Shown here: in pieces, positions 1 through 13,537 of the stretch
How positions within the stretch are numbered: position 1 is the stretch's first letter
How the letters are laid out: every line of letters starts with the position of its first letter
NCBI RefSeq assembly: GCF_001447785.1
Contig: NW_015159767.1
Coordinates: 1 to 64,000 of the forward strand
DNA length: 64,000 nt
Source of the DNA: Gekko japonicus
Lineage: Eukaryota
Reading direction: 5' to 3'
Notes under the pieces: generated by a model
Seen by the model: only the letters and a program-made list of their open reading frames with translations
Databases searched by the model: none
What the model was told of the DNA's origin: nothing
Translations under genes and position numbers: made by a program

Positions 1-707
1 CTCCTGAACACTGAAAGTGAGGGGGGCCCGGCGCACTGTCCTGAGGAGATTGTTCCAGAATCATGGAACATCTAAATATGTTAAATGTATGTATTCATTC
101 AAACATTTACACCCTGCCTTTCCTCATGATTCTAGGCGGGGCAAGGGATGCTCTGTATTCTTGGTGCTTGGGGGAGGCAATAATGTGAGGGCTTCTAGTG
201 TCCTGGCCCCACTGCTGGACCTCCTGATGGCACCTGGTATTTTTGGCCACCGCGTGACAGTGTGTTGGATTGGATGGGCCATTGGCCTGATCCAGCACTC
301 TCTTATGTTCTTAGGCGACTTACAATAAATAGTTTTTAAAAACTGACTTCTAATAGTTAACAATAATTTAAAAAAATAAAGAGATCAGTCAGGATCACTG
401 AAAGTAGATTAGTTTTGCCTTCACTCCTCAGAGTTCCTGAGCGTATCAGTGTTGTGTAAAACTGAGGGACCACAAGAATTTTCTCAGAACGCAACAGCAG
501 TCCTCCAGGATTGCACCGACTACCTGACTCGTCCAGTATCCTGTTTCCCACAGGGGCTAACCAGATGCAGAGACCAAGCTTCTTGTCCCCCTCCCCCCAG
601 TGGTATTAAAAGTTAAACTACCTCCAAACATGGAGGTTCTGTTTATTCGTCGTGGAGTACATGGGGCACCATCCAATAATCTTGGTTCTTTCGCCATTCC
701 GTTTTAG

Positions 708-841
708 CTGCCCTGGAGTGTTTCCCGAATCACCCCGCTGGCTCTTGGCCACTCGCCGAATGACTCAAGCCCGGGAGATTTTGGTCACCCTTGCCCAGGA
801 CAGCAACACCCAGGAATCTGAGACGCAGGAGGCACTGGATG
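708..841 (+). CDS. SLC22A17: SLC22A17 internal coding exon (upstream exons lie outside the window)
   Basis: Acceptor ttttag at 702-707 and donor gtgagt at 842. Translates CPGVFPESPRWLLATRR...EALD, containing the SLC22/MFS PESPRWL motif. Phase is compatible with the next exon. Confidence 0.9.
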
Positions 842-1532
842 GTGAGTCTCCCATCATGCTGAGGGTGTCTTTTGTCTGCATCAAGGGTCCCCAACGTGGT
901 GCCTGTGGGCGCCCGCTGACACTTTTCCTGATGCCCACCAAGGGTTTTTAGAAAGTGGGTGGGGCTTTTACCCAGCAGGGCTTCTGATTGGCTGTTGGGG
1001 ATCCGATTGGCGGTGCGGGTTTTCCAAAAGCCGCTTTTGGCAGCAGCTGCCGCCACAGCACGAGGATCTTCACTGCGTCGGCTGAAGGCAAACTGTGTGT
1101 AGGCAAGAAAAGAATACGTTCGTTTTAAAAGACATCCTGTTCAACAGGTTCTGCCTGAAATGTCAGAAGGTTAGCCTTAGAGTTCTGCGTTACCTCTCTT
1201 CCTGATACTTTGTGGTGCGTTCTGCCTCCCGTGGCGGCCATTTTGTAGCTGTGCCCATCGCCCTGTGTCAGAAGGCCAACGGTGAATGCAGGCTCAAAAA
1301 GCTTGGGGGCATTTGGTCTACAGTGTTCGACCGGGAACCTTTACAGAGCCAAACAACCTCTGGTTGAAAAGTAAACCTAACGTGGCTGCCATTTCTTTTT
1401 TATTTTTCACTTATTCCGTGTCAAGAATTGGGCAGTTGCAGCTGCCCCTCACTGACGGCAACTCCCTTTCTCTTCTGCTCCCTCAATTTCCTCCTGTTCC
1501 TTCACTGCCAATCTTCCCATCTGCCTCTCCAG

Positions 1533-1638
1533 AGCTTGACAATGTCTGCCACCTCCCTGCCGTGGCCCAGATTTCGCTCCGTGCCCTGCTGGGCTGCCGA
1601 AACATCTGGAAAAATATTCTCATTCTTGGTTTCACCAC
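1533..1638 (+). CDS. SLC22A17: SLC22A17 coding exon
   Basis: AG/GT bounded. [35 protein letters not shown] matches SLC22A17 NIWKNLLILGFT. Confidence 0.92.
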
Positions 1639-2833
1639 GTAAGTCCACTCCTACTTAAATCTCTCGCCCTCTCGGAACGCAAGTACATCGGGGAGAGGGG
1701 AAAGCTGTCCACGCTGCCCTTGAAGCCTCTTCGTGTATTTTATTTGTTTTATTAAAAGCCGTTTCTCTTTCCTCCTCCCCCCCCTTCCTAAATTCAAGGC
1801 AGTTGGTAAATGTTGGTTTTTTAAAAAAATTATAGTGGATAGAGTGATGGACTCGGACGCTGCATGACCCACGTTTGAATTTCTACTTCTACCACAGGGA
1901 GCTCACTGGATGACCTTGGGCCCATCACATAGTTTTAGCCTGGCCTACCTCACAGCGTTGTGGTTGTGAAGAAATGGAGGGAGAGGGACAATGTTCTAAG
2001 CTGCATTGAGTCCCAACTGTGGAGAAAAGCATGATACAAATAAATAAATGCAACGAAATCATCCTGGCACCCTGTCAACAGCATTTTTTAGCTGAAAAAC
2101 TTGAGAGGGCAATGAAGGGCGAAGAAAGAGGGTTTGTCTCCTCTTGAAACTGAGCAGTCCTTCATATGAAGGGAGGGGCTGTGGTTCAGTGGTTAGAGCA
2201 TCTGCTTGAAATGCAGACGGTCCCAGGTTCAATCCCCAGCATCTCCAGTTAAAAGATCTGGCAGTAGGGGATATGAAAGACCTCCACCTGAGACCCTGGA
2301 GAGCCACTGCCAGTCTAAGTAGAAGAAGAAGAGATTGGATTTATACCCCGCCCTTCACTCAGAGTGGCTTACAAACTCCTTTTCCCTCCCCTCCCCACAC
2401 CCTGTGAAATGGGTGGGGCCGAGAGAGCTCTTTCCAGAACTGTCCTTGAGAGAACAGCTCTGATAGAACCATGGCTTGCCCAAGGTCATCCAGCAGCTGC
2501 AAGTGGAGGAGTGGGGAATCAAACCCGGTCCTCCCAGATTGGAGTCCGTGCATTTCCCCACTACACCAAGCGGGCTCTGATGGACCAAGGGTCTGATTCA
2601 GTATAAGGCCATTTCATGTATACAATAACCCTCTCTTCCATATAAATTGCTCCCTTGCATTCGCTTCTCTGGGCATGTCGGTTTGCTCATGTGTCCAGAG
2701 GGCTGCTTCACACGTTGAGAATCCTGGCTCATGAATTAGTCCCAAACACAGAAGATCTTGTGTCGTTGGGGGAATGTGGCCTACTGGGAAACATAGGCCG
2801 CAGGACCCCTGATGTAATGTGGTGTCCCCGCAG

Positions 2834-3057
2834 ATTTATAGCCCACGCCATCCGCCACTGTTACCAAATGGCCTGGGGCTCCTCGCAGGGTCCGCGCGCC
2901 GAGTTCTACCTCTCGTACCTGCTGTCGACCGGCAGTGCGGGGCTGGCCTGCCTCTTCCTGTGCCTGAGTGTCGACCGGTACGGCCGTCGTGGGATCCTGC
3001 TGCTCACCACCACACTGACGGGCATCGCTTCCCTCATCTTGCTGGGACTGGAAGAGT
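2834..3057 (+). CDS. SLC22A17: SLC22A17 coding exon
   Basis: cag acceptor and gtaaga donor. [11 protein letters not shown]...[27 protein letters not shown] is characteristic of SLC22A17. Confidence 0.95.
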
Positions 3058-3351
3058 GTAAGAGCACCGTGCCATGGAGTCTTGCTACATACCTTTATTT
3101 ATTATGTATTTATGAAAACACTTATATGCCACCTGTCCTTTGGTCCAAGGCGGCCTGCAATAATAGTTGGAAACATTCTCAGTTTAAGACCAAGAAATAA
3201 AATAGCAAATCCCAAATCTCCCCCCCCCCCATTCTCAAAAGATGCTGTTCAAACCCCCTCAAAAGTCCTGGCAAACAGGACCTTCAAGCACCTCCTGAAG
3301 ATTTTCAGGGAGCCACAGAGCCGGAGCCACCTCAAAACAGTTCATTATAAA

Positions 3352-3693
3352 CAGGGGTCATTTCGTAGAAAAAGAGCTAGGGGAACTCATTAGCATAACT
3401 CATTAGCATATGCCACACCCCCTGACATCAGGGGCCCGGCGGTGGCCCTGCAAGGCCGGCGGGAGTGCGAGGAAGCCCCGCCAAGGCCCTCCCTGGCCCC
3501 AGGCAGGCAGGGGTGGGGAGAGGCGGGGAGGAAGCAACTTACCCTCGCTCTTCTCCTGCCTCCTCCTGGCTGAATGAGGGCTGGAAGCGGGGCGGCTGGA
3601 AGCAGGGGGCGGGGCTTCGTCGTGTGCCCCACCCCTCTGCACCTCACCCGGGGGAACTGCGTTCCCCCGCGTTCCCCCCCGAAATGACCTCTG
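3352..3693. mobile_element. hAT-type MITE (family B)
   Basis: TIR caggggtcatttcg / cgaaatgacctctg with 8-bp TSD attataaa. Confidence 0.8.
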
Positions 3694-3747
3694 ATTATAA
3701 AACAGTTCAATAACCTAAAGTGCTAGCAGTGTCTGCTTTAGTACAAT

Positions 3748-4169
3748 TAGGGGTCATTTCCTGTGGGAGCGCACAGGAGCGGAGTTCCGGCAGTAAGGAG
3801 CCCAGGGGGCAGGCACATGCAACAAGCCCCCCCCCTGCTCCCAGCAGCCCTCAGTCGGGCCACGAGGAGCAAGAAGCAGCCAGGTAGATTGCAGAGACCA
3901 CNNNNNNNNNNNNNNNNNNNNNNNNNNNNNNNNNNNNNNNNNNNNNNNNNNNNNNNNNNNNNCTTTCAGGTACAAGCTCTCCCTCCTCTGTGAAGGCAGA
4001 TCTGCGCGTCCATACCCCCCCAATAGCTAGCAATCCAAAACAGTCCAGTAGAGCCTGAGCGGTGGGTGTTGCCTTCTGACACGCTTCCGGTGATGTCAGG
4101 GGGTGTGGCATATGCAAATAAGTTATGCTAATGAGCTCCCGCACCTCTTTTTCTACGAAATGACCCCCG
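3748..4169. mobile_element. hAT-type MITE (family B variant)
   Basis: TIR taggggtcatttc / gaaatgacccccg with 8-bp TSD agtacaat. A related copy in the opposite orientation lies at 49146-49616 with TSD atcacaaa. Confidence 0.8.
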
Positions 4170-5280
4170 AGTACAATTACTTAACGACGGTGGTACCGTA
4201 TGAATGCATTCAGTGATCTATCTAGATATTCAGCTCATTGATCTTTCCCTGATATAATCAGCAGGTTCTGGTCTGTTGCGCGTTCCTGGGGTGCGCTAAC
4301 ATAGGCAGCCCAAACACGCTCACAGCACTGCTTTGCCCAGAAAGGTATATATAAGGAACCTCGCCAATGAAATTTCAAAAATAGTCTTGAGAACCCTGCA
4401 GGGACATCCTACTAACAGGAATATGTCCCACGTGGACCAGGTATGATAAGGACTTTGTGGAACACCTCAAAACAACATGGATGACTCAGTAGTATAACCC
4501 TCAGTGCTGCTAAGGACATGTCTTCTGAGGGTCACTCGCAGACACACACAAGGGCTCATTTTGAGGGTCATTTTGAGCTGTCCAAGGGCTTATCAAACAC
4601 AGTGACCAGCAAGCAGGTTGGTGGAGTGGATAGAGTGGCGGAATTAGAACCCTTGGCGTTCAGGGAGTTGGAATTCCCTGTTCTACCATGGAGGATCACT
4701 GGGTAACCCTAGGCCTGTCGCACTTCTTCAGCCCGGCCTACCTCACAGGGTAGTGTTGTGAGAGAACAGAGGAGGACCCACTGGTGGACCTCCTGATGGC
4801 ACCTGGTATTTTTGGCCAATGTGTGACAGAGTGTTGGAGTGGATGGGCCGTTGGCCTGATCCAACATTGGCTTCTCTTATGAGGGGAGAATTATGTTCTA
4901 AAAGCTGCTTTGAGTTCCCCTTGGGGAGAAGAGTGGGATATAAATAAACAAATAAATGCTTAAATTAAAAATAAATAAAAGGGTTAACCAAAGATTTCAG
5001 GTTCTAGGGCTGGGCCTCCCATGAGGTAAAGTGGTCACCTCAGGTAAGAGAGGAGTCGTTCTGAAGGAGCAGTGATTTCTCATTTGGTTTTACGTCTGTG
5101 CGTTCCTTTATTGCAGGGGCATCACATTATTCAGTGGGGAAGTGTACATTTTATAAATAAATACACATTTTCCGCTTCAAGCTGTCAAATGTTTTAGGCC
5201 AGGCCTGAGGGCCTAGCTCTCTCGCACATGAAGCCCTTCGGCACGTTTCCCTGAATTCCCTTTCTTCCTCTGCGTTTCAG

Positions 5281-5392
5281 ATCTCAACCACGCCGCCGTG
5301 GTAACGTTCTCCATCCTCGGCCTGTTCTCCTCACATGCGGCGGGTTCCCTCAGCATCTTCTTTGCCTCTGAAGTCATCCCCACCGTTATCAG
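5281..5392 (+). CDS. SLC22A17: SLC22A17 coding exon
   Basis: tttcag acceptor and gtaaga donor. [38 protein letters not shown]; phases match both neighbours. Confidence 0.93.
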
Positions 5393-6130
5393 GTAAGATG
5401 GGGAAACGGGGGCGTTACCTGCTCCCCCACACCTTGGCTAAAAGGTGAAGGCATGAGTAACAGACCAATCTTCATAAAATTCTCTGGCCTTTGTTCTCCC
5501 TCACCTTCCCATTCAGCCCCTTTTGTAGCATCCGGCAGAAGCTCATCTGCAGGTAGTGCCTTCCATTTTGTTTTCAAGGTTCTAGCCCTCATGTTGCAAA
5601 AATTTCACTTCCCTTTAGTGCTTGTATCGTCATTTCCAGTGCGTTGTAGTGGTTAAGAGGGTAAGACTAGGATCTGGGAGACTCGGGTTCAAATCCGCAC
5701 TCGTGCCATGGAACCTCGCTGGGTGACCGTGAGCCAGTCACACTCTCTCAGCCTCACCTACCTGTTGTGAGGATAAAATGGAGGAGGACGATGTAAGCTC
5801 CTTTTGGTCCCGGTTGGGGAGAAGAGTGTGGTACAAATGAATTACATAAATAAATTTCCCCGTTGGCCACAAAGTCCTTGGCTATGGACTCCCCCCGTTG
5901 CCTTATTTCTCCCACTTGTGCGGGAGAATTCTCACACATTCTGGCCTTTTCTCACACTTCCTCACTCCAGCTTTCTCCTCAAGACCACCGCTGTAATTTT
6001 TTTTCTGGCATTCCATGCTGGGGTTGGGAACAGAACTCAGTGTCATGAGAATTTTGGTGTGCCTTTAAAAAAAAAAAGCAAACACCACCTCATTCTGGAT
6101 TGTGTGACAAATACTGTTCTTCCTCTGCAG

Positions 6131-6446
6131 AGGGAAGGGGCTCGGTGTAATCCTCTCGTTGGCGTCCCTGGGCGGCCTAAGCGCCCCTTTGCTGTGGTTG
6201 CGAGAAAAGCACGGCTCCTTCCTCCAGCACATCGTGTTGGCGTCCTTGAACATCTTGGCCCTCCTTTGTCTGATGCTGCTACCCGAGAGCAAGCGCAAGG
6301 CCTTGCCCGAAAGCTTACGGGATGGAGAACTTTACCGGAGACCCTCGCTGCTCCGTCGGGCCGGGGGAGGCGAAAGCCGGGGGGCTGAGGAGGCGACTCG
6401 CCGTGACGACGTGCCGCTGCTCTCGACGCCAAACCCTGCCAGTTGA
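6131..6446 (+). CDS. SLC22A17: SLC22A17 last coding exon
   Basis: ctgcag acceptor. [15 protein letters not shown]...[27 protein letters not shown]...[11 protein letters not shown] matches the SLC22A17 C-terminus. Confidence 0.95.
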
Positions 6447-8557
6447 TGCACCCACCATGCCTTCCACCTGCCAGGACGGACTTCAACTGGCCCATCCCAA
6501 CCCAGGCTTCTGGCCTAGTGCGAGAGGCCTCACCCCACCCAGAAAGGGCAGCTTGAGTGAGCCCCGCTTCCTTTTTCTGTTTCTGGTGTTACGCAAGGAA
6601 TGCGCACCTCCCTCTCTTCCTTGGGGGAGACTTCCCACTTGCATAAGCCATTTTCACATCCCACCAGACACAGAAAAAAGAAGACAGGCCTTGGATTTCG
6701 TATGTAAATGTATGAAGGGGGCTTTTCCTGCCACACTCAGTTCTGGTGCCAGAGCTTTAACTGCACACCCTTTACATTTGCCGCAGAAGGTTAGGCCTGA
6801 ACCTACAGTACAGTTCTGGCTCGTGGGTTTGGGGTGGAGGACAGGAAGATGACTTCCCCCCCCCCCGGCCCCCTTTTCTGTGTGGTGTTTTCTTGTGCCA
6901 CGACCAAGATCTTTTCTCCTAGTCCCTCACATAACCAGGATTTGTTCTCCTAGTTCCTCATAGCTGGCTTTCCATTTTAAAAGCTCTTGGAGAGGCAGAA
7001 ATTGAGGCCTTCCTTCACTCTCTGCCTTTTTAAGAACTGAAAGACACAGGCACGCAACAGGGGGTGGGGGGGAAATACGTTGGTGCCCTTGCTGGAGTCA
7101 TCAGCCACCCTTTAATTTTTCTAAGGATGCTTGACTATGAGCCCCCACTTAACAAGCTTAGCGTGTTCTCCTAGTAGACATGTAACTTTCTTAGAGATAT
7201 CCTAAAATCTGAACCTGAGGGGGGATAACCGTTAAGTTGAACCAAGTTGCGTCTGTTCCCATTTTACAGAGCAGGAAACTGAGGCTGAGAGAGGTGGTTT
7301 TCTGTTCAACCCAGGGTCAAGCTATCAACCTATGCACCGCGTTCCATTTACTAAGGGTCTCTTTTATAGCAATTTTCTCAGCGTGCCAAGGGCTTTCCGC
7401 ATCTTTGTGCTCACTCCATAGAGGGTCTCTTGAGACAAAGGATTTCTGAACTGGACTAGATGACTCTAGGCTGCCTCAAAGTGCTTTCATCTCCAAACCT
7501 TTTCTCTGTAATCCACAGAAAAGTTGTATCTATTTGTTAGCTACGTGACACACACACACCCCCAGACCTTTGACTTCAATCCCATAGTTCCCTGTTGTTC
7601 CACCCAGCCACTAGACAAAATCAGCCAACTTTTTTCAGCCGATCAGCAGGCAGAAGTTATTGCAGGTATGTATTTTCTCAGCCCCAGAAAAGGTATTCCT
7701 GTTGAATTTCTGCCTTCATGCAATTAAAGGACCAAGGGAGCTCCCACACATTTTAACAGGCATCCAGTATTACCAGCATGTTAAGTGTTATGCCACACAT
7801 AGGTGGTAGCCTAAGAAAACACCCTGGTGGCATGGTCACAGGCCAGTCCCACCTGGTTAAAACATTCCTCTCCAACCTCATCGGGAACTTCTGCACCTTT
7901 TACGTCACCAAATGGAGAAGGCTTCCCTGCCCCCCATGAGGAACAGGAATGTGTCAAAGGACTCCTCTGCACCCCAAGAGACTTCGAAATGCAACCCCCC
8001 CACACACAAAAAAAAATCTAGACTTTTGACTGCTTTTGACTTTAAAGGGAAATGTACTACAGACTGTTACAACCTAAATACAGATTAAAAGGAAATCTTC
8101 TCAAGAACTTTGGTTTGCACCTCCACCCCGTAATGTTTTTTAGAAAGATGCTTGGCCCTCCCACGCCGAGCAAGGATTGGGGGGGGGGGGGGGGGGGGCT
8201 TAGCTGGGGAGGCTGCTGCAGAGATGCGCCATAAAAATCTGAGTTTATACACACAAGAGAAACTCTATATGTATCATGATTTACTGGGCTTTGCGAGACC
8301 ACTTTATAGCTGCAGATTCACTACACGGATGCTGAAGGTAAGCAGGATCCCATTTCAGCTTTTCATTTTTTTTTATTTATTTATTTTTAAAGAGAAAGGC
8401 TCCTAGTAGGCACAGAAAAAGCTTGCAAATATTGAGGCCGGGGAAGAACCCAGTGAAGGGCTGCTAACAGGATCTCTCTCCCTTATTAAAATAGACTTGC
8501 TAGGCTGCCCTCCCCTATAAGTAGGGCTTAGGGCAGTTTACAACAAAATGAGAATAA

Positions 8558-9091
8558 TTTTTTGTTGAGTCGCACAGTCGAGTCAGACTCTTCACGACCC
8601 CATGGACAAGATCTCGCCAGGCCCTCCTGTTTTCCGCCGTCCTCTGAAGTTTGCTCAATTTAATGTTCATTGCATCTATGACACTGTACATTCCAGGTTC
8701 CCATGCAGTATTGTTCTTTGCAGCATCGGACTTTCCTTTCACCATCAGACACATCCACAACTAAGCGTCCTTTCGGCTTTGGCCCAGCCGCTTCATTCTT
8801 TCTGGGGTTACTTGTACTTGCCCTCTGCTCTTCCCCGATAGCATCTTGGACACCTTCCGACCTGAGGGGCTCATCTTCCGGCGTCATATCTTTTAGCCTT
8901 TTGATACTGTCCATGGGGTTTTCTTGGCAAAAATACTGGAGTGGGTTGCCATTTCCTTCTCCAGGGGATCACGCTTGGTCTGAGTTCTCTGCTGTGGCCT
9001 GTCCGTCTTGGGTGGCCCTCCACGGCATAGCCCACAGCCTCATCGAACCACGCAAGCCCCCCGCCACGACAAGGCAGCGATCCATGATGGG
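8558..9091 (-). mobile_element. Internally deleted BovB/RTE LINE derivative
   Basis: RTE 5' end and endonuclease start (CCKEQYCMGTWNV) are fused near 8687 to the RT C-terminus (SVIDAMNIKLSKLQ...AWRDLVHGVVKS). Flanked by direct repeat gagaataa. Confidence 0.8.
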
Positions 9092-12000
9092 GAGAATAAC
9101 TAGACATTAAAACATCAATAAATAGAAACCAAACGATGGAAAACCGGGTCCCCTAGCCACCCAGGGGGGAGGGGTTGTGAGGGATGGGGGAAAATATGAG
9201 AGTGCGATGTCCTCCCCCATTGCCAAATGCCTGGCGGAACACCTCTGTCTTACATGCCCTGCGGAAAGGTAGTAACTCCCACAGGGCAAGGATGTCTTCC
9301 GGCAGAGTTCCACCAGGGGAGCCGGATTTCTCTTAAGCTGGGGACCACCAGGAAGTCCTTGTCTCCTGAGCTCAGGGCTCTTCCAGGGGCAGTCCGGAAG
9401 TTAGAACCAGTGTGGTGCAGTGGATAGGGTGCCAAACTAGGATCTGGGAGTCCCAGGTCCAAATCCCCCTCCCCACCATGGAAGCACACTGGGTGACCTT
9501 GGGCCTGTCACACTTAGCTTAACCTACCTCACAGGGTTGTGGTGAGGATAAAATAGAGATGAGGGAAAGGATGCAAGTTGCTTTTGATTTCCACTGAGGA
9601 AAAGGTGCAGGATGTAAGAAGGGATTGGATTTATACTCCACCCTTCACTACCCAAAGGAATCTCAGAGCAGTTTACAATCCCTTCCCCTCCCCGCAACAG
9701 ACACCCTGCGAGAGGTAGGTGGGGCTGAGAGAGCTCCGAGAGAACTGCTCCTGTGAGAACAGCTGAGAGAACTTGTGACTGACCCAAGGTCACACCAGCA
9801 GCTGCACATGGAGTAGGGAATCAAACCCAGTACTCACAGATCAGAGTCCAAGCTCTTAGCTGCATTTGCACTGTAGTGGCTCAGCCATGCTCAAGCTCCA
9901 CAATTAGGGTTGCCAGCCTCCAGGTGGGGCCTGGGGATCTCCTGCTTTTACAACCGATCTCCAGCTGACAGAGATCAGCTCCCCTGGAGAAAATGGCTGC
10001 TTCGCAGGAGGGACTCTATGGCATTGTACCATGCTGAGGCCCCTCCCCAAACCCCGCCCTCCCCCAGATCCACCCCCAAAGTCTCCAGGTCTTTTCCAAC
10101 CCAGACCTGGCAACCCTATCCACAATTCTAAGACTGACCCTGCCCCAACAGACCCGAGACCAAGTTCCTGTGGCAAGTTTTCAGCCGGATTTTGCTTATA
10201 TGTAATACATAGGAAAATGTGAACATTGGATTTCAAAACCTGCTGTGTCGTTTTCTCGGAAACGGAGAAGGCTTGCTGCCAAGGGCAGACTTTGTTCTTA
10301 ACAGCTGTAATCAGTGCTGATAATTCAGGCACATTTAGCAATTTGACACCAGAGACGGAAAGTATCCACAGACATTTTAAGTTAGCAGTTTCCTGCCGGA
10401 GATGTTCCTTGGTTGGGGAAAGCTCTCAGGTTGGCCACCGAGTGGGCCCCGAAGACCAAAACTCACTGGCATGTTTTTGAAAGTTGCGCAGTATGAGCCT
10501 CTTATCCCTTGGCCTGGGGCCTAACTTAATTTGAAGAACTTGAAGCACAGATGGGCCTGGTTGACAGATGGCATGGCTTAACATTTGACGTCTGAGCCTG
10601 CTGGTCGGCTAATGGGTATTCGATTCTGTAAAGCTGCCAAAGTGGTCAGGTGGGCTGGTAGTGGCCAGGGCCTGTGACGATACCTTCCCTGCCCTTGTTT
10701 ACAGCCAAGCCTTCTCATACAAAATTGAGTCTCATTGTTATGAAGCTTACTGGTTGACATTCAACCAATCCTACACAACAGGAGTGTGGCGATAAGATAA
10801 CACACTACCACCCTGAGCTCCAGGAATAAATGCAACTTGAGGATCCTATTTATGCTAGAAAAAAGGTTAGCCTTTGAAATGTAACTGTCTCTCCCATTTT
10901 GCTAAAAAAGAGCAACAGTCGTCCTGTAGGATTGTGTTTCTCAAACACAGCAGACTTTGAAGCTGCCCAGAAAATATCTTTATGGAATGGGAAGGCGCCC
11001 ATCTGATGAACCCGTATCATGTCTTCCTAGGAAGAGAAGCCACATGGTTTTTTTCTCTTCCAAAACAAAACTTAGAACCAATGCTTCCTCTAAGCTGTGG
11101 AGTCTTGCAAGCAAAGTTTCAACTTTGTCAGCTACTGGCATTAAAGTAGTGAGTGAATAATTCGGCTACTACATAAAATCAGTTTGCTTTGGAGCCATCT
11201 GTGGCGTCCCCGCTTATAGGGGAGATGGTTTTACCTTTAAACCACCCTCTGTGCACATAAACTTGGTACATTTCTGCTGCCACCAGGAATTAAAAAATTC
11301 TAAATCTCTCTCTTGGTAGAATGACCCAGGGTCTGAGCACTTCAGAGGACTATGTGGCCCTGATAAAAGACTATTCTGATTTCTGGGATACGTTTCAACA
11401 AAAATTGATTTATTTAATAAAGAACAGGTTTCTGGTTATTTTGAACTGTTGCTGATGAAAGGAACTTGTAAATATAACTGGCAAAGCTTGGTGTCACAAA
11501 CAGTCTCTCAAACTCCCAAAATTCTACTCTTGACAGGTGTAGACACTCAGACTAATATATCTCTCTCATATATATACAGCCACACAGGCTGACCTTATTC
11601 ACACAGAATTGACTCAAAAACTCCGTCACACAGACTGCTCTCTTCAAATTTCACACACAGAATCACCGCATAGACACCCGCCTCCTCCCACACTCAGTCA
11701 TCAGCCAATCACACTCCCTCTATCACCCTTCTGCAGTCAAACTAAACATTTAAAGAAACGCACACACCAAAACATGAACTCATTACACCATCCTGAGCTA
11801 AGACAAAATGTTTGAGCCGAGGCTAAAAAAACTGAGCTAGCTCACACTAACAGCTTAGAGGTAAACAGATTTGCAGTATGTCACCTTCTTTGTAGTTGTG
11901 GGAAGACTGCCAAGACTGGAAAAAGTACACAGTGCTTATGGGGAAGCGCCCACTTTGCATAGCCCCTAAGGTTCACTCAAAAGGTGATCAGGATTTTGGA

Positions 12001-12274
12001 GGGCGAGGGGGAGCCTAAATCAATGCAGACCTGTGAAGGCCACCAAGACAGCCCAGCGTGAACAGTTCTGTGTTTTGTCTTTTACCATCCCTGGACACCA
12101 ACAACCCCAGTAACCCAACCGACAGCAGAGCAGCCGTCATAGCTCTGCAGTCCACAGCTATTGAACAGCGCTATGGCTACTGTGTTTTTAATGAAAGCAC
12201 ACACAGCTCCTTGGAAAGAGTCCAAGCATCTTAGCAATAAAACCACATGCACTTTTCTTTCTTCCAAAAACATC

Positions 12275-12280
12275 TTTATT
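12275..12280 (-). promoter_or_regulatory. Likely PABPN1 polyadenylation signal AATAAA
   Basis: tttatt on the + strand about 1.26 kb past the stop, followed on the - strand by GT/T-rich sequence (gcatgtggttttatt). Confidence 0.55.
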
Positions 12281-12347
12281 TTTTTCCACCCTCATAACAG
12301 TTTCTCTATTTCTTCCTCGTTACACTCCCCCACCCCCCAACCTGAAT

Positions 12348-12348
<1 letters not shown>

Positions 12349-12379
<31 letters not shown>
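12349..12379 (+). repeat. (CT)n microsatellite in the PABPN1 3'UTR region
   Basis: Direct reading of the sequence. Confidence 0.85.
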
Positions 12380-12385
<6 letters not shown>

Positions 12386-13537
12386 CAAAGTCACTCTCTC
12401 CTACAAGGAAATATGGGCCTCGGGTCCTTCCCCACACCCACCAAGCCCCCAAGGGAGTCATCTCCCTGCCCCTGGTCTCTAGAACTTCAGGTTTCGGTGA
12501 TATCTCTTCAGGCTAAAAAAATAAAGGAACCTGTAAAGATAAAGACACTCAAACAAGGCAATATAACATACCCCAGGGGGAGGGTGGAAGGACATACGAC
12601 AGGGAAGCAGCGAAGGGGGGAGAGAGCGGGCCGGGGGGAGGGGGGAGTAGAGGAAAGAAGTGAAAGGAAGGCGCATATCCCGCAGTTCAGCAGAAAAACT
12701 TTTTTGCAGGAAAACACCCTACCTTGTGTTTTTAGAATAAAGGGTTAGGGTGCAAAACCCAAATTCATCGGTACAGACAACAGGCTACACGGGGAAAGAG
12801 GTAACGTGGGAACTCCATGTTTCTCTCTCTCACACACACACACCCGAGAATGGCAGGAGGCTGAGTTTGCCACGTCGAAATGGGCAACTAAAGCATTACG
12901 GTGGTGAACTCTTGCGCATCACCCTCCCTTCACGACCCATGCAAAAACAACCAGGAGTTGGAACACTGAAGCACACACGCAGACACACAAGACTCTTGCG
13001 CATCACCCTCCCTTCACGACCCATGCAAAAACAACCACACACGCAGACACACAAGAACCCAGTATGGGGGGACTGGTGGGGGGGGGGAAGACGGGGGCAA
13101 AAGTAAATTACAGAGAGTTAAAAGGAACCACAACAGCTGCAACAAAAAAAAGAACAAGAGTGTTGTGTGTTGTTTGGGGTGGGGGGTGGAACGGGCAGCC
13201 CTCCTAACTGCCCCCCCAACCCCAAAAATGCCAGGCCGCAACAACAGAAAGGAAAAGTGGTTCCGTTGACGCTTGACAATTGCTGCAGGCAGAAAAGGAG
13301 GAAAACAGAGGGCAGGGAGACGGCAGGGCGTGGCCGCGCGGACCACTAGTAAGTGAAAGCCGGTTTACAGCACGCCTCCCCCCTTATCTCCCCCCCCCGG
13401 AAAGGAGACCCCTTTTGCTGCACAGCTTTACACATTCTCCTCCCCCCACAGTATTTTTTTTTCCATCATGGTAACAATCTTCATTTTTTTTTCTTTTTTT
13501 TTTCCTCCTTCCTAAAACAACCACTTTTTTTTTGTTT

